From Pseudomonadales bacterium (lineage in GTDB: Bacteria > Pseudomonadota > Gammaproteobacteria > Pseudomonadales > UBA7239): 64,000 nucleotides of DNA. This document shows positions 11,219-23,607 of this stretch, piece after piece (the stretch's first letter is position 1; every line of letters starts with the position of its first letter). Below the pieces are notes generated by a model that saw only the letters and a program-made list of their open reading frames with translations, was not told the origin of the DNA and made no database searches. The stretch lies in contig JAWKZZ010000003.1 in assembly GCA_041395785.1 (NCBI GenBank), positions 526,978 through 590,977 on the forward strand, in the 5' to 3' direction. Both the position numbers and the translations under genes were made by a program.

Positions 11219-11956
11219 ATGTCACTCCAAAATAGCCTAGAAAAACTGCAGAACGATTTCAGTAACTTAGATCCGGAGAATATGGGGGCATGGCCTCTGC
11301 CTGTCAAAATTGTCTGCTGGGCACTTACCGCGGTTATTGTTGTTATTCTTTCATATCAGCTTGTTCTGCGCGATCAGTCTAATGTGCTGAGTCAAGAGGT
11401 GCAAAAAGAGGCAACACTGCGCGCTAGTTTTGAAAGCAGAGTGCAAGAAGCCTCTAATTTGGAGGCGTATAGGGCGCAAATGAAAGAAATGAAGGAGTCA
11501 TTTGAGGCGCTGGTTTTACAGCTGCCCAAGGATACGGAAGTACCTGGATTGTTGGATGATATTTCCAATACAGGGCAGACCAGTGGACTCAATATTGATG
11601 CTATTAAGTTATTGCCAGAGAAAAAAGCGGATTTTTATGTGGAATTGCCAATCGATATCCAGGTGAGTGGTGGATATCATGACTTTGCAACATTTGTCAG
11701 TGGAATTGCGGGCTTGCCACGGATTGTAACCCTGCATGATTTTGTGATTGCTCCTGCTGGCTCCACTAAAGGCGCGACGGATGGCGGCAAGTCTAAAAAC
11801 CAAAATAACGATGATGCCCGTAATAGCGAAGAACTTGCGATGACGATTACTGCAAAAACTTACAGATATGGCGATGTGTCATCTAGTAGTGATGCTGGTG
11901 CTAAGGCTGTTGCCAACAAAAAAGCTGCCAAGAAAGGCAAGGCTGGTGGCAAATGA
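11219..11956 (+). CDS. pilO: Type IV pilus assembly protein PilO (with K-rich C-terminal extension)
   Basis: Assigned by its position between pilN and pilP, an N-terminal TM segment, a coiled segment and a PRIVTLHDF core. It has an extra tail, ANKKAAKKGKAGGK. Confidence 0.85.
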   Translation: MSLQNSLEKLQNDFSNLDPENMGAWPLPVKIVCWALTAVIVVILSYQLVLRDQSNVLSQEVQKEATLRASFESRVQEASNLEAYRAQMKEMKESFEALVLQLPKDTEVPGLLDDISNTGQTSGLNIDAIKLLPEKKADFYVELPIDIQVSGGYHDFATFVSGIAGLPRIVTLHDFVIAPAGSTKGATDGGKSKNQNNDDARNSEELAMTITAKTYRYGDVSSSSDAGAKAVANKKAAKKGKAGGK

Positions 11957-12519
11957 AAATGAGTGGCGCAAAAAAAGTGGGAGTAAAATTCTGTGCGGCG
12001 CTGTGTCTTCCGCTGCTTTTTGCAGGATGCGGCGACAGCGGAATGTCTGACCTTGAAAACTATATGCAAGAGGTGCGGTTGAGACCTGTGCCGCCTATTG
12101 AGCCAATTCCTACATTCCCTCAGTTTGACACTTTTGTGTATAAGGCGGCTGGAAAGCGTAGCCCATTTGAAAAGCCACAAGCACTAGTTGAAATAGAGAT
12201 TGAAGGTGGCAAAGTAACTGGTGGTGCGCTTATTAAGCCAGATGAGCTTCGCCCTAAAGAATATCTTGAGCAATACAATATCAGCTCAATAACTATGGTC
12301 GGCACAGTTACCAAAGATGGCGTGATATGGGGTTTGGTGGACGATGGAACATCTAACATTCATCGTGTGCAAGTGGGTAACTACATGGGGCGTAACCACG
12401 GGAAAATATTCCATATTGATAATGGACGCATTGATATAAAAGAGATTGTGCCTAGTGGCGATAACTTGTGGGTAGAGCGTCCTAAGACACTGCAATTGCG
12501 CGAATCCGCAGAACAATAA
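11953..12519 (+). CDS. pilP: Type IV pilus assembly lipoprotein PilP
   Basis: Lipobox LLFAGCG, ATGA overlap with pilO, and position upstream of pilQ. Confidence 0.85.
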   Translation: MKMSGAKKVGVKFCAALCLPLLFAGCGDSGMSDLENYMQEVRLRPVPPIEPIPTFPQFDTFVYKAAGKRSPFEKPQALVEIEIEGGKVTGGALIKPDELRPKEYLEQYNISSITMVGTVTKDGVIWGLVDDGTSNIHRVQVGNYMGRNHGKIFHIDNGRIDIKEIVPSGDNLWVERPKTLQLRESAEQ

Positions 12520-12591
12520 TTGATCCGGGTAAATAAAATGACACATCAGTTAAATACAACTGGAAAGGAAAGGGGTGGACTTGTGAAAAAT

Positions 12592-14730
12592 ATGAAAAAA
12601 ATCCTGGTGGCAACTTCGCCAATTCTTTTTTCTTTCTTGGCTGTGGCTGCACAAGCCACAACATTACAAAATATTTCATTTGCATCACTGCCTGGTGACA
12701 GATTTGAAGTAAAGATGGACTTTGATGTTAAGCCGTCAGAGCCAAAGGGCTACAACATTGATAAGCCGGCACGCGTTGTCATGGACTTTGAAGGTGTTGA
12801 AAGTGCGCTGAAAGAGAAAAAATACCCACTCTCTTTTGGTAGCGCTAAGAGTGCCAATGTATTGTCTGATGGTGGAAGAACGCGTTTGATTTTGAATATG
12901 ACGCAATTGGAGACCTATAAAACACGGTTTGAAGGCAGCAGCTTCATCATGACCGTTGGTAAGAGCGAAATTCAGGAGGTTAGTAAAAAAGGCGTCAGCT
13001 TGGCTGAGAGAATCACTTCAGATGACTCGGCATATGGTTCTGCAATAAAAGATGTCGACTTCCGCCGTGGTGAAAACGGCGAAGGTAAAGTTGTTATTTC
13101 GATGACAGACTCTAATGTCAATGTAGGTGTTGAAGACACAGGCGGCAAAATTACTGTTAATTTTGGCGGCACGCAGTTACCTGCGTCACTGAGAAGAAAG
13201 CTGGATGTGGTGGATTTCGCGACGCCGGTGCAATCAATATCATCTGATGTTAGTGGTGGTGATGCCGTATTCACTATCAATTCAACCGGCAACTACGATT
13301 ACATGGCGTACCAAACAGACAATCAGTATGTAATCAGTGTTAAGCAATTGTCTGAGAAGGAACAGGAAGAGCGTGCGCAGAAGTTTACTTATATTGGCCA
13401 GAGATTATCACTTAACTTCCAAGATATTCCAGTGCGCTCTGTATTGCAGTTAATTGCCGATTTCACCGATAAGAACTTGGTGGCAAGTGACACAGTAGAA
13501 GGGAAAATTACGCTCCGTCTTGATAATGTACCTTCAGATCAGGCCTTGGATTTGGTGTTGAAGACAAAAGGTCTTGATAAGCGTGAAGTCGGTAATGTCA
13601 TGATGGTTGCACCGGCAGCTGAAATTGCTGCGCGTGAGCGTGAAGAAATTCAAACAGCGAAGCAAATGCGTGAACTTGCACCGATACGCACCGAGTTTTT
13701 GCAGATTTTGTACGCAGATGCTAAGGATGTTTATAAGCTATTTGAAAAATCGGGCGGTGCAAGCGCCGATGGAATGTCAGCAGAGAGTTTGTTGTCATCA
13801 CGAGGCTCGGCTACGCTCGACAGTAGAACTAACTCGATTACAGTCCACGATACAGAAGCCAAAATTCAACAGATTCGTGACTACATCAAACGCATTGACA
13901 TCCCGGTGCGCCAAGTATCTATCGAAGCGCGCATTGTGAAGGCAACTTCTGGCTTCCGTGAAGACTTGGGTGTGATGTGGGGCTTGGATCTGAGTGCAAA
14001 AGATACTTTTGTTAATGGGTCTATTAATAATGTGTTGAGTGGCAATAATGCCCTATTTAGAAACAGAGGCGATAAATCTGGTTCGTATATCAAGCCAAGT
14101 GACCTTGATCTTATCAGCACGCCCACAGGTGCAGATTCCATGGTTGTTGATATGCGCGCCAAGCCAGAAGAAGGCGATCCAGGCTCGTTTTCAATCGGTT
14201 TGCTGGGCAATGATGGCTGGTTGGCTGTTGAGCTCTCGGCATTGGAAAAAACAGGCAAAGGCGAAGTGGTTTCGCAGCCAAAAGTAATTACTGGCGATAA
14301 GCAAAAAGCAGTAATTAAGAGCGGTCAAGAAATTGGTTATCAAGAAGCGAGCTCAAGCGGTGCATCCACTACATCGTTCAAAGAAGCAGTACTGAAATTG
14401 GAGGTTACTCCACAAATTACGCCAGATGATCGCATTATCATGGATTTGGTTATCAACAAAGATAGCATTGAAAGTTTTGTTGCGGGTATTCCTGTTATTG
14501 CTACTACGGAATTGACCACACGCGTTTTGGTTAACAACGGCGAAACAGTTGTACTGGGTGGTATTTTTGAGAATGAAAAGGTTGACCAGGTGAAGAAAAT
14601 CCCATTCTTGGGTGACTTGCCACTGGTAGGGCGCTTCTTCAGAAACACCTCACAAAGTGATACCAAAACAGAATTGTTGATCTTCGTAACCCCGCGCTTG
14701 CTGCAGGATCCTCTTGCTGATAAGCGTTAA
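12592..14730 (+). CDS. pilQ: Type IV pilus secretin PilQ
   Basis: ORF 12520..14730. Start chosen at MKKILVATSPILFSFLAVAAQA (signal peptide). It has an AMIN-like repeat (LPGDRFEVKMDF...PARVVMDF) and the secretin C-terminus (VPFLGDLPLVGRFF, ELLIFVTPRLL). Confidence 0.92.
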   Translation: MKKILVATSPILFSFLAVAAQATTLQNISFASLPGDRFEVKMDFDVKPSEPKGYNIDKPARVVMDFEGVESALKEKKYPLSFGSAKSANVLSDGGRTRLILNMTQLETYKTRFEGSSFIMTVGKSEIQEVSKKGVSLAERITSDDSAYGSAIKDVDFRRGENGEGKVVISMTDSNVNVGVEDTGGKITVNFGGTQLPASLRRKLDVVDFATPVQSISSDVSGGDAVFTINSTGNYDYMAYQTDNQYVISVKQLSEKEQEERAQKFTYIGQRLSLNFQDIPVRSVLQLIADFTDKNLVASDTVEGKITLRLDNVPSDQALDLVLKTKGLDKREVGNVMMVAPAAEIAAREREEIQTAKQMRELAPIRTEFLQILYADAKDVYKLFEKSGGASADGMSAESLLSSRGSATLDSRTNSITVHDTEAKIQQIRDYIKRIDIPVRQVSIEARIVKATSGFREDLGVMWGLDLSAKDTFVNGSINNVLSGNNALFRNRGDKSGSYIKPSDLDLISTPTGADSMVVDMRAKPEEGDPGSFSIGLLGNDGWLAVELSALEKTGKGEVVSQPKVITGDKQKAVIKSGQEIGYQEASSSGASTTSFKEAVLKLEVTPQITPDDRIIMDLVINKDSIESFVAGIPVIATTELTTRVLVNNGETVVLGGIFENEKVDQVKKIPFLGDLPLVGRFFRNTSQSDTKTELLIFVTPRLLQDPLADKR

Positions 14731-15296
14731 TGTCCGAAAGTGTTAATCAGGCAGTTGTAGGTTCTCCAGATATCAGTTTGCCAAATGTGTATCTTGTCGG
14801 CCCCATGGGGGTCGGCAAGACTACAGTAGGAAGGGCATTGGCTGATGCGCTGCATTTAAAGTTTATTGATGTTGATAGGGAAATTGAGTTGCGCGCCGGC
14901 GCTGATATTCCTTGGATTTTTGATGTTGAAGGCGAAGCTGGATTTCGCTTGCGCGAGTCGCGTGCCCTAGAAGATATTGCAGCTCAGTCAGGGCAGATGA
15001 TCGCAACGGGTGGTGGAATCGTTTTGTCTGAAGCCAATCGCAAGATCATAAAAACAGCCGGCTTCTGTGTTTATTTGAAAGCGGAATTGCAGCAGTTAGT
15101 GCAGCGGGTGGGGCGGGACAAGAAGCGTCCGTTGCTGAGAAATGGCAACCCCCGTGAAGTTTTGCAGAAAATTATGGCAGAGCGAGAGCCTTTATACATG
15201 GATGTGGCCAGCTGTGTGGTGCAGACCAGTGCAAAGCCTATGCGCCATGTGGTGCGCGAGGTTATTCGTTTATATCGCTTGCACTATAATTGCTGA
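14730..15296 (+). CDS. aroK: Shikimate kinase
   Basis: P-loop GPMGVGKTTVGR and ATGGG motif. It overlaps the pilQ stop by 1 nt and follows the pilQ-aroK-aroB synteny. Confidence 0.92.
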   Translation: MSESVNQAVVGSPDISLPNVYLVGPMGVGKTTVGRALADALHLKFIDVDREIELRAGADIPWIFDVEGEAGFRLRESRALEDIAAQSGQMIATGGGIVLSEANRKIIKTAGFCVYLKAELQQLVQRVGRDKKRPLLRNGNPREVLQKIMAEREPLYMDVASCVVQTSAKPMRHVVREVIRLYRLHYNC

Positions 15297-15312
15297 CGCA
15301 TTTTTGTCGTAA

Positions 15313-16413
15313 TTGGTGTGTGCTGTGAAAACTCTCTCTGTTGCGCTAGGTAACAGGTCTTACCCCATCTACATTGGAAGCGGGCTATTGGACGATGCAT
15401 CCCGCCTGCTGTCTCATCTGGTTGCTAAGCAGGTTCTGATCGTCACGAATGACCGTATCGCGCCTCTATATTTAGAAAAAGTGAAGCAACTATTTTTTGG
15501 ATTGCGTTGTCATGCCGTTGTGCTTCCTGATGGTGAGAAGCACAAGAATCTAGAAACAATGAATCTTATTTTTGATGCATTGATTGGCGAAAAGCACAGC
15601 AGAACAACAACGCTAATAGCGTTGGGTGGTGGCGTAGTCGGTGATATGACTGGCTTCGCGGCGGCGTGCTATCAACGCGGTGTAGCTTTTATTCAAATCC
15701 CCACCACTTTATTGGCGCAGGTTGATTCTTCAGTGGGAGGGAAAACTGGCGTGAATCATCCGCTGGGAAAAAACATGATCGGAGCCTTTCATCAGCCTGA
15801 GTGCGTGCTGATTGATGTGGACACATTGAGCACCTTGCCAGATCGAGAGTACCGCTCGGGTTTGGCAGAGGTGATTAAATATGGCTTGATTAACGATAGC
15901 GCTTTTTTTGAGTGGCTCAAGCAGAATGTGGATCGTTTGTTGCAGCGAGACTCTGAGGCTTTGGTTTACGCGATTGAGTGTTCTTGTCGCAATAAAGCCA
16001 ATATTGTTGCAGTGGACGAGAAAGAAACAGGTGTGCGCGCGTTGTTGAATTACGGCCACACATTTGGACATGCTATTGAAGCTTGGCAAAATTACACAGG
16101 CTTTTTACATGGCGAGGCGATTGCCATTGGTTCGGTAATTGCTGCTGAGCTGTCGGTGCGATTGGGATTGCTCTCACAAACTGATAGTGATGCTGTACGC
16201 GCCATCATTGAACAATTTGGTTTGCCGACATCTGCTCCCGCTAACATGACGGCGGATACATTTATTGATTTCATGCAGCGCGACAAGAAAATTTTAGACG
16301 GTAGCTTGCGCTTGATTTTACTAGAAGCTGTCGGCACGGCAGTGATTAAAGATTCTGTGTCTGTCGATCAAATCAAGCAGGCAATTGATGCGTGTCGAGA
16401 TGCAGGGCGGTAG
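15313..16413 (+). CDS. aroB: 3-dehydroquinate synthase
   Basis: LGGGVVGDMTGFAAA, VDSSVGGKTGVNHPLGKNMIGAF and LNYGHTFGHAIE are colinear with E. coli AroB. The exact start is uncertain (TTG/GTG cluster at 15313-15325). Confidence 0.93.
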   Translation: MVCAVKTLSVALGNRSYPIYIGSGLLDDASRLLSHLVAKQVLIVTNDRIAPLYLEKVKQLFFGLRCHAVVLPDGEKHKNLETMNLIFDALIGEKHSRTTTLIALGGGVVGDMTGFAAACYQRGVAFIQIPTTLLAQVDSSVGGKTGVNHPLGKNMIGAFHQPECVLIDVDTLSTLPDREYRSGLAEVIKYGLINDSAFFEWLKQNVDRLLQRDSEALVYAIECSCRNKANIVAVDEKETGVRALLNYGHTFGHAIEAWQNYTGFLHGEAIAIGSVIAAELSVRLGLLSQTDSDAVRAIIEQFGLPTSAPANMTADTFIDFMQRDKKILDGSLRLILLEAVGTAVIKDSVSVDQIKQAIDACRDAGR

Positions 16414-16419
16414 CGCAAT

Positions 16420-17229
16420 TTGAGCAATTATCCTTCCAGAAAAGAGCCTTTTGTTTCTGACGATGCTGCCGGTGATGTTGATCGTCAGTTGATGGAAGAA
16501 ACATCCAGTGCGTTGACGGCTGAAAATTGGCGTGAATATTCACCCGTTACGGCGCGGCGCAGTAAGAATCGAACCCCAATGTTGCCGCTGTTGATTGTGG
16601 CTTGTGTTTGTTTGGGAGGGCTTTTATGGCTCGTGAGTCGCACTGGTAATGATGCTCAACCAAGTGTGGCTCAATCTCCATCGCCAGTGGTGGCGCAGTC
16701 AGTTAGCGCCGAGCCGGCTGTGTTGCCGTCGGTCAGTCAGCCTGTGCCAATTACATCGCAGCCTCCTGTATCGAGTGCTCAGGTGCCTGAGCCAGCTGTT
16801 CAGCCGGAACGCGCAGAGCCAAAGTCAGTCGAGCCACCTAAAGTGGATGTAAAGCCAGCAGAGGTTAAACAAGTGGCACCCAAGAAGGTGGCAACAACCG
16901 CAGTCACCAATGAGCGGCCTAGCTCGGTCGCACCCAAGCCCAGCAAATCCGGTACGATGAAGTGGAAGGCAAAGCCAGATAATTACACGGTGCAGTTGAT
17001 TGCAGCTTTTAATGGATCCAGCGTCGAACGCATTAGAGCGCAATTGCCTGCAGCAACGCCTAGCACCGTTCACAAAACCACCAAGGACGGCAAACCGTGG
17101 TTTATCTTGGTTTATGGTTCTTTTGCCACCAAGCAGGAGGCACAGAGTGCACAATCTCGGTTGCCTGACGCCCTAAAAAAGGGCGTGAAGCCGTGGGTGC
17201 GCAAACAAGGCGAGGTTTTCGCGCAATAG
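16420..17229 (+). CDS. DamX-like cell-division protein with C-terminal SPOR domain
   Basis: TTG start, one TM segment, a P/S/V/Q-rich linker, and a SPOR-like C-terminus (YTVQLIAAFNGSSVERIRAQL...WFILVYGSFATKQEAQSAQSRLP). It sits after aroB, as damX does. Confidence 0.75.
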   Translation: MSNYPSRKEPFVSDDAAGDVDRQLMEETSSALTAENWREYSPVTARRSKNRTPMLPLLIVACVCLGGLLWLVSRTGNDAQPSVAQSPSPVVAQSVSAEPAVLPSVSQPVPITSQPPVSSAQVPEPAVQPERAEPKSVEPPKVDVKPAEVKQVAPKKVATTAVTNERPSSVAPKPSKSGTMKWKAKPDNYTVQLIAAFNGSSVERIRAQLPAATPSTVHKTTKDGKPWFILVYGSFATKQEAQSAQSRLPDALKKGVKPWVRKQGEVFAQ

Positions 17230-17344
17230 GCTGGTTTTCCGGCACTTTTTTCTTCACAAGGGGTGGGGTTTTTCGCTAGAATCGCTCCCCCCTTGCCTTC
17301 CCAGCAATGTTTCAAACCACTCTAGTTAGTAGCGGAGAACAGTT

Positions 17345-20300
17345 ATGCGTGCGCGCGGTTTATACAACCCGTCCAATGAACACGATGCCTGTGGTATCGG
17401 TTTTGTCGCTCATATAAAAGGCCAAAAGAGTCATTCTATTATTGAGCAGGGCTTACAAATTCTGGAAAACCTTGAGCACCGTGGTGCCGTAGGTTCTGAT
17501 CCTCTGATGGGTGACGGCGCGGGCATTCTGATTCAAATTCCAGATCAGTTTTACCGCGAAGAAATGGCGAAACAAGGCGTAACGCTGCCGCCTGCCGGTG
17601 AGTACGGCGTGGGCATGGTGTTTCTGCCCAAAGAATCAGCCTCGCGTATTGCCTGTGAACAAGAAATCGAACGCGCCGTTCGCAATGAAGGGCAAATTAT
17701 TTTGGGATGGCGTGATGTGCCGGTGGATATGGGTATGCCTATGTCACCGACTGTGCGCGCCAAAGAGCCGGTTATCCGTCAAATTTTTATCGGCCACAGC
17801 CAAAATGTGTTGGTGACTGACGCGCTGGAGCGCAAGTTGTATGTGATCCGTAAATCATCGGGCCATGCAATTCAGTCATTGAATTTGCGTCATGGCAAAG
17901 AGTTTTTTGTGCCGTCTATGTCTGCGCGCACCGTGGTTTATAAAGGCCTGCTCTTAGCCAACCAAGTAGGCGTTTATTACAAAGATTTGCAGGATCCGCG
18001 CTGTGTTTCTGCATTGGCTTTGGTGCATCAACGCTTCTCTACCAACACATTCCCTGAATGGCCGTTGGCACACCCGTATCGCATGATTGCGCACAACGGT
18101 GAAATCAATACTGTAAAAGGCAATTTCAACTGGATGCGCGCGCGCGAAGGCGTGATGAAATCCACCGTGTTGGGCGACGATTTGCAAAAATTGTTTCCGC
18201 TGATTTATGAAGGGCAGTCCGATACGGCGTGTTTTGATAATGCGCTGGAGTTGCTGGTAATGGCGGGTTACCCCATCGCGCAAGCCATGATGATGATGGT
18301 GCCAGAGGCGTGGGAAAATCACACGCTGATGGATGAAAACCGTCGCGCATTTTATGAATATCACGCAGCCATGATGGAGCCGTGGGACGGCCCTGCGGCG
18401 CTGGCGTTTACGGACGGTCGTTACATCGGTGGCACCTTGGATCGCAACGGTTTGCGTCCGGCGCGTTTTATCGTCACCGATGATGATTTGGTGGTGATGG
18501 CATCGGAGTCTGGCACGCTGCCAATTCCCGATGCGAAAATCAACAGAAAATGGCGCTTGCAGCCAGGAAAAATGTTTCTGATTGATTTGGAAGAAGGGCG
18601 CATCATCGGCGATAAAGAGCTGAAAGATACTTACGCCAGCGCCAAACCTTACAAAGCGTGGATCAACTCTGTCCGCATCAAATTGGAAGAATTGAAGGCT
18701 GCTGATGCTGCAGAGGCCGAAAAAACTTCAGTGAGTTTGTTGGATCGTCAGCAAGCGTTCGGCTATACGCAAGAAGACATCAAAACCATTTTGTCGACGA
18801 TGGCGGCGAATGGCGAAGAAGCGACAGGTTCAATGGGCAATGACTCGCCACTGGCCGTGATGTCTGACAAATTGAAGCCGCTGTACAACTATTTCAAACA
18901 ATTGTTTGCACAAGTTACCAACCCGCCTATCGATCCGATTCGTGAGGCGATGGTGATGTCCTTGGTGTCCTTTATTGGTCCAAAACCGAATTTGCTGGAT
19001 ACCAATAACATCAACCCGCCGTTGCGTTTGGAAGTATCGCAGCCTGTGTTAGATGTGGCTGACATGAAACGCATTCGTGGTATTGATGCGTTGACGGGCG
19101 GTAATTTTAAATCGTTCGAATTAAATATTTGCTATCCCGTTGCATGGGGCAAAGAAGGCGTTGAAGCTCGCTTAGCTTCTCTGTGTGCAAAAGCGGTGGA
19201 TGCAATTAAAGATGGCTACAATATTTTGATTGTGTCTGATCACAAAATGGATGCAGAGCATGTTGCGATTCCAGCCTTACTTGCGACAGCAGCGATTCAT
19301 CAGCACTTGGTAAGAAAAGGTTTGCGTACCGCAACGGGTTTGGTGGTAGAGACCGGTTCTGCTAAGGAAGTACACCACTTCGCTTTGTTGGGTGGTTACG
19401 GTGCCGAAGCCGTTCACCCGTATTTGGCGATTGAAACGCTCGCAGATTTGGCGAGTGGTTTGCCGGGTGATTTGACGGCGGAAAAAGCAGTCTACAACTT
19501 CAAAAAAGCCATCAGTAAAGGCTTGATGAAGGTCATGTCCAAAATGGGCATCTCCACCTATATGTCTTACTGCGGCGCGCAAATTTTTGAAGCAATCGGC
19601 TTGAATCGTGCGTTGGTAGATAAGTATTTCACCGGCACACCATCCAATGTGGAAGGCGTTGGTTTGTTTGAAATTGCTGAAGAAGCTATTCGTTTGCACA
19701 AGCTGGCATTTGGCAATGATCAAGTGTTGGCTACCATGCTGGACGCAGGCGGTGAATACGCTTTCCGTGTGCGCGGTGAAGAGCACATGTGGACACCTGA
19801 TGCGATTGCAAAATTGCAGCATTCGACCAAAACCAATAGCTACAGCACCTACAAGGAATACGCGCAGATCATCAATGATCAAAGTCAGCGTCACATGACT
19901 TTGCGCGGCTTGTTTGAATTCCGTTTTGATAAAGCGCAGCCAATTCCTGTAGAGGAAGTGGAGCCAGCAAAAGAAATCGTGAAGCGTTTTGCCTCCGGTG
20001 CAATGTCGCTGGGCTCAATCAGCAGCGAAGCGCACACCACTTTGGCGGTTGCGATGAACCGTATCGGTGGTAAGTCAAATACGGGTGAGGGTGGTGAAGA
20101 TCCGCTGCGTTATCGCAACGAACAAAAAGGCGTGGCAATTAAAGACGGCGACACCATTGCTTCGGTTATTGGCAGCGACAGAATTGTTGCTGATATTCCA
20201 TTGCAAGCTGGCGACTCTCTGCGTTCGCGCATCAAACAGGTCGCGGCTGGTCGTTTTGGTGTGACAGCAGAATACTTAAATTCTGCCGATCAAATTCAAA

Positions 20301-22018
20301 TCAAAATGGCGCAAGGTGCAAAACCGGGTGAAGGCGGTCAGCTGCCAGGCGGAAAAGTTTCGGAATACATCGCGCAACTGCGTTTTTCTGTGCCCGGTGT
20401 GGGTTTGATTTCTCCGCCGCCGCATCACGATATTTACTCCATCGAAGATTTGGCGCAGTTGATTCACGATTTGAAGAATGCGAATCCGCGCGCTGATATT
20501 TCCGTGAAATTAGTAGCGGAAGTGGGCGTCGGAACTGTGGCTGCCGGTGTGGCAAAAGCGAAATCGGATCACTTGGTTATCGCTGGTCACGATGGCGGGA
20601 CGGGTGCATCGCCGCTGTCCTCTGTGAAGCACGCAGGTGCGCCGTGGGAGTTGGGCCTCTCTGAAACGCAGCAGACTTTGGTGCTCAATGGTTTGCGCAG
20701 CCGCATTCGTGTGCAGGCTGATGGTCAAATGAAAACTGGGCGCGATGTAGTAATTGCGGCATTGTTAGGCGCGGATGAGGTGGGTTTTGCCACCGCGCCA
20801 CTCGTGGTGGAAGGCTGCATCATGTTGCGCAAATGCCATCTCAATACTTGTTCTGTGGGTGTGGCCACGCAAGATCCTGTGTTGCGTAAAAAGTTTGCAG
20901 GTAAACCTGAACATGTGGTGAATTATTTCTTCTTTGTGGCAGAAGAAGCGCGTCAAATCATGGCGCAGTTGGGTATTCGCAAGTTTGATGATTTGATTGG
21001 TCGTGCAGACTTGTTAGATAAATCGAAAGCGATCACACACTGGAAAGCCAAAGGTTTGGATTTCAGCAAGTTGCTGTATCAGCCTAAAGTGACGGATGTG
21101 TCTGAACGCTATCATGTAGAAAATCAGGATCACGGTCTTGATAAGGCTCTCGATAACGAATTGATTGCAAAATCTGCAGCAGCGTTGGAGAAAGGCACCA
21201 AAGTTTCTTTCACTTCACCGGTGAAAAACTTAAATCGCACCGTGGGCACGATGCTTTCCAGTGAAGTGGCGAAACGCTATGGTCATGCTGGTTTGCCGAG
21301 TGACACTATTCATATCGAGTTGAACGGCACAGCCGGTCAGTCCGCTGCTGCATTTTTGGCGCACGGCATCACGCTGGATTTGGTGGGTGAAGGTAATGAC
21401 TATGTGGGCAAAGGTTTGTCCGGTGGTCGTGTAATCGTTCGTCCTAGCAAAGATTTTCGCGGTACAGCATCTGAAAATATGATCATCGGCAACACCGTGT
21501 TGTACGGCGCGATAGCCGGTGAAGCGTTTTTTAGCGGCGTAGCGGGCGAACGATTTGCTGTGCGCAATTCTGGTGCTGCAACGGTAGTTGAAGGTGTGGG
21601 CGATCACGGTTGTGAATACATGACCGGCGGTACGGTGGTTGTGTTGGGTGACACGGGCCGCAATTTTGCAGCGGGTATGTCGGGCGGTATCGCGTATGTG
21701 TATGACCCGGCAGGTAACTTCGCCAGCAAGTGCAATATGGATATGGTGAAACTTGAGCCAGTATTAACAGTGGCCGAACAGGACAAACAAGTCGAGCGCG
21801 CGATGTGGCACAGCGAGCAACGCGGTGGGCAAGGCGTTGAAGATGAAGCGTTGTTAAAAAGTTTGGTAGAGCGTCACGCGAAATACACTGGCAGCGAACG
21901 CGCGCAGGCAATCCTTAAAGATTGGGATAACAGCCGTAAATTGTTTGTAAAAGTGTTTCCTGATGAATATCGCCGCGCATTGCGCGAAATTAATGCGGCT
22001 GCCAGCGTGGCTGCGTAA
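17345..22018 (+). CDS. gltB: Glutamate synthase (NADPH) large subunit
   Basis: 1557 aa. It has an N-terminal Ntn amidotransferase Cys ([10 protein letters not shown]), an FMN/Fe-S central domain and the GXGXG C-terminal domain. Confidence 0.97.
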   Translation: MRARGLYNPSNEHDACGIGFVAHIKGQKSHSIIEQGLQILENLEHRGAVGSDPLMGDGAGILIQIPDQFYREEMAKQGVTLPPAGEYGVGMVFLPKESASRIACEQEIERAVRNEGQIILGWRDVPVDMGMPMSPTVRAKEPVIRQIFIGHSQNVLVTDALERKLYVIRKSSGHAIQSLNLRHGKEFFVPSMSARTVVYKGLLLANQVGVYYKDLQDPRCVSALALVHQRFSTNTFPEWPLAHPYRMIAHNGEINTVKGNFNWMRAREGVMKSTVLGDDLQKLFPLIYEGQSDTACFDNALELLVMAGYPIAQAMMMMVPEAWENHTLMDENRRAFYEYHAAMMEPWDGPAALAFTDGRYIGGTLDRNGLRPARFIVTDDDLVVMASESGTLPIPDAKINRKWRLQPGKMFLIDLEEGRIIGDKELKDTYASAKPYKAWINSVRIKLEELKAADAAEAEKTSVSLLDRQQAFGYTQEDIKTILSTMAANGEEATGSMGNDSPLAVMSDKLKPLYNYFKQLFAQVTNPPIDPIREAMVMSLVSFIGPKPNLLDTNNINPPLRLEVSQPVLDVADMKRIRGIDALTGGNFKSFELNICYPVAWGKEGVEARLASLCAKAVDAIKDGYNILIVSDHKMDAEHVAIPALLATAAIHQHLVRKGLRTATGLVVETGSAKEVHHFALLGGYGAEAVHPYLAIETLADLASGLPGDLTAEKAVYNFKKAISKGLMKVMSKMGISTYMSYCGAQIFEAIGLNRALVDKYFTGTPSNVEGVGLFEIAEEAIRLHKLAFGNDQVLATMLDAGGEYAFRVRGEEHMWTPDAIAKLQHSTKTNSYSTYKEYAQIINDQSQRHMTLRGLFEFRFDKAQPIPVEEVEPAKEIVKRFASGAMSLGSISSEAHTTLAVAMNRIGGKSNTGEGGEDPLRYRNEQKGVAIKDGDTIASVIGSDRIVADIPLQAGDSLRSRIKQVAAGRFGVTAEYLNSADQIQIKMAQGAKPGEGGQLPGGKVSEYIAQLRFSVPGVGLISPPPHHDIYSIEDLAQLIHDLKNANPRADISVKLVAEVGVGTVAAGVAKAKSDHLVIAGHDGGTGASPLSSVKHAGAPWELGLSETQQTLVLNGLRSRIRVQADGQMKTGRDVVIAALLGADEVGFATAPLVVEGCIMLRKCHLNTCSVGVATQDPVLRKKFAGKPEHVVNYFFFVAEEARQIMAQLGIRKFDDLIGRADLLDKSKAITHWKAKGLDFSKLLYQPKVTDVSERYHVENQDHGLDKALDNELIAKSAAALEKGTKVSFTSPVKNLNRTVGTMLSSEVAKRYGHAGLPSDTIHIELNGTAGQSAAAFLAHGITLDLVGEGNDYVGKGLSGGRVIVRPSKDFRGTASENMIIGNTVLYGAIAGEAFFSGVAGERFAVRNSGAATVVEGVGDHGCEYMTGGTVVVLGDTGRNFAAGMSGGIAYVYDPAGNFASKCNMDMVKLEPVLTVAEQDKQVERAMWHSEQRGGQGVEDEALLKSLVERHAKYTGSERAQAILKDWDNSRKLFVKVFPDEYRRALREINAAASVAA

Positions 22019-22087
22019 AAGCCAAGGGTTTCTGCTTGAGTCATTAACACGCAATCAGAATCTAATTTGGGTATAGAGGTTTTTAGT

Positions 22088-23551
22088 ATGGGTAAAGTGA
22101 CAGGTTTCATGGAGTTTGATCGTCAAAAAGACGAATACGCCGATGTTGCAGGACGATTGAAGCATTACAAAGAATTTGTCATTCCTATGACAAATGAAAA
22201 AGCGACCGTGCAAGCGGCGCGTTGTATGGATTGCGGCACACCGTTTTGCACCACCGGCTGTCCTGTTAACAACATCATTCCTGATTGGAATGACTTGGTT
22301 TACAAAGGCAATTATCAGCAAGCACTGAATACGCTGCACTCCACGAATAACTTCCCTGAATTTACGGGTCGCATTTGTCCTGCGCCTTGCGAAGCGGCGT
22401 GCACGCTGAATGTGAATCGCGATCCGGTTGGCATCAAATCTATTGAGCGATTTATTGCTGAAAAGGGTTGGGAGAACAGTTGGGTAGTTCCGCAGCCTGC
22501 TGCTCATAAAACAGGTAAAAAAGTTGCTGTGGTTGGTTCCGGGCCAGCGGGATTGGCAGCGGCACAACAGTTGGCGCGCGCAGGTCATGCTGTCACTGTG
22601 TTTGAAAAAAACGATCGCATAGGCGGTTTAATGCGTTACGGCATCCCAGGCTTCAAAATGGAAAAATCCGTCATTGATCGCCGTATGGAGCAGATGAAAG
22701 CCGAAGGCGTAACTTTTCGCACCGGCGTGATGATTGGTAAAGATTTTCCGAGCATCGTGAATAATTGGTCAAAAGAGACGATTTCTCCAGGGCAGTTACA
22801 GAAAGATTTTGATGCGGTGATTATGGCGGGCGGAGCCGAGATGCCGCGCGATTTGCCAGCTCCAGGTCGTGAATTGCAAGGCATTCATTTTGCGATGGAG
22901 TTTTTGCCACAACAAAATAAAGTGGATGCTGGCGATGCGGTGCCGCAGCAAATTCTCGCAACCGGCAAGCATGTGGTGGTCATCGGTGGTGGCGATACCG
23001 GCTCCGATTGTGTGGGCACATCCAACCGCCACGGCGCTGTCAGTGTTACACAGCTGGAAGTGATGCCAAAACCACCAGAGCAAGAAAATAAACCGCTGGT
23101 GTGGCCTTACTGGCCAATGAAATTGCGCACATCCACTTCACATGACGAAGGCTGTGAGCGCGATTGGGCGGTTTCTACCAAACGCTTTGAAGGTAAAGAT
23201 GGCAAAGTAGAAAAAATCATTGCCTGCCGCGTTGAATTCAAAGACGGCAAAATGGAAGAAGTGCCCAATTCTGAATTTGAAATCAAAGCAGATTTAATTT
23301 TGTTGGCAATGGGTTTTGTTGCACCAGTAGCAGCGGTCGTTGATGCATTTGGTGTAGAAAAAGATGCGCGCGGCAATGTTAAAGCCACAACGGATGGGCA
23401 GGGTTGCTATCAAACTTCGGTAGAGAAGGTGTTTGCTGCAGGTGATATGCGTCGCGGGCAGTCGCTGGTGGTGTGGGCTATTCGTGAAGGTCGTCAATGT
23501 GCGCGAGAAGTCGATGCATTCTTGATGGGTTCTTCAGAGCTGCCGCGCTAG
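22088..23551 (+). CDS. gltD: Glutamate synthase (NADPH) small subunit
   Basis: ORF 22067..23551, start chosen at [10 protein letters not shown]. It has Fe-S cysteines (CMDCGTPFC...CP) and two dinucleotide folds ([27 protein letters not shown]). Confidence 0.95.
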   Translation: MGKVTGFMEFDRQKDEYADVAGRLKHYKEFVIPMTNEKATVQAARCMDCGTPFCTTGCPVNNIIPDWNDLVYKGNYQQALNTLHSTNNFPEFTGRICPAPCEAACTLNVNRDPVGIKSIERFIAEKGWENSWVVPQPAAHKTGKKVAVVGSGPAGLAAAQQLARAGHAVTVFEKNDRIGGLMRYGIPGFKMEKSVIDRRMEQMKAEGVTFRTGVMIGKDFPSIVNNWSKETISPGQLQKDFDAVIMAGGAEMPRDLPAPGRELQGIHFAMEFLPQQNKVDAGDAVPQQILATGKHVVVIGGGDTGSDCVGTSNRHGAVSVTQLEVMPKPPEQENKPLVWPYWPMKLRTSTSHDEGCERDWAVSTKRFEGKDGKVEKIIACRVEFKDGKMEEVPNSEFEIKADLILLAMGFVAPVAAVVDAFGVEKDARGNVKATTDGQGCYQTSVEKVFAAGDMRRGQSLVVWAIREGRQCAREVDAFLMGSSELPR

Positions 23552-23575
23552 TATTTCTTCGCCAGCTCTTGTACA

Positions 23576-23604
23576 AAGGCCGCTGACTGCGGCCTTATTT
23601 TTTT
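23576..23604 (+). terminator. Rho-independent terminator after gltD
   Basis: Stem AAGGCCGC (23576-23583) pairs with GCGGCCTT (23589-23596), followed by a T-rich run ATTTTTTT. Confidence 0.8.
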
Positions 23605-23607
23605 AGT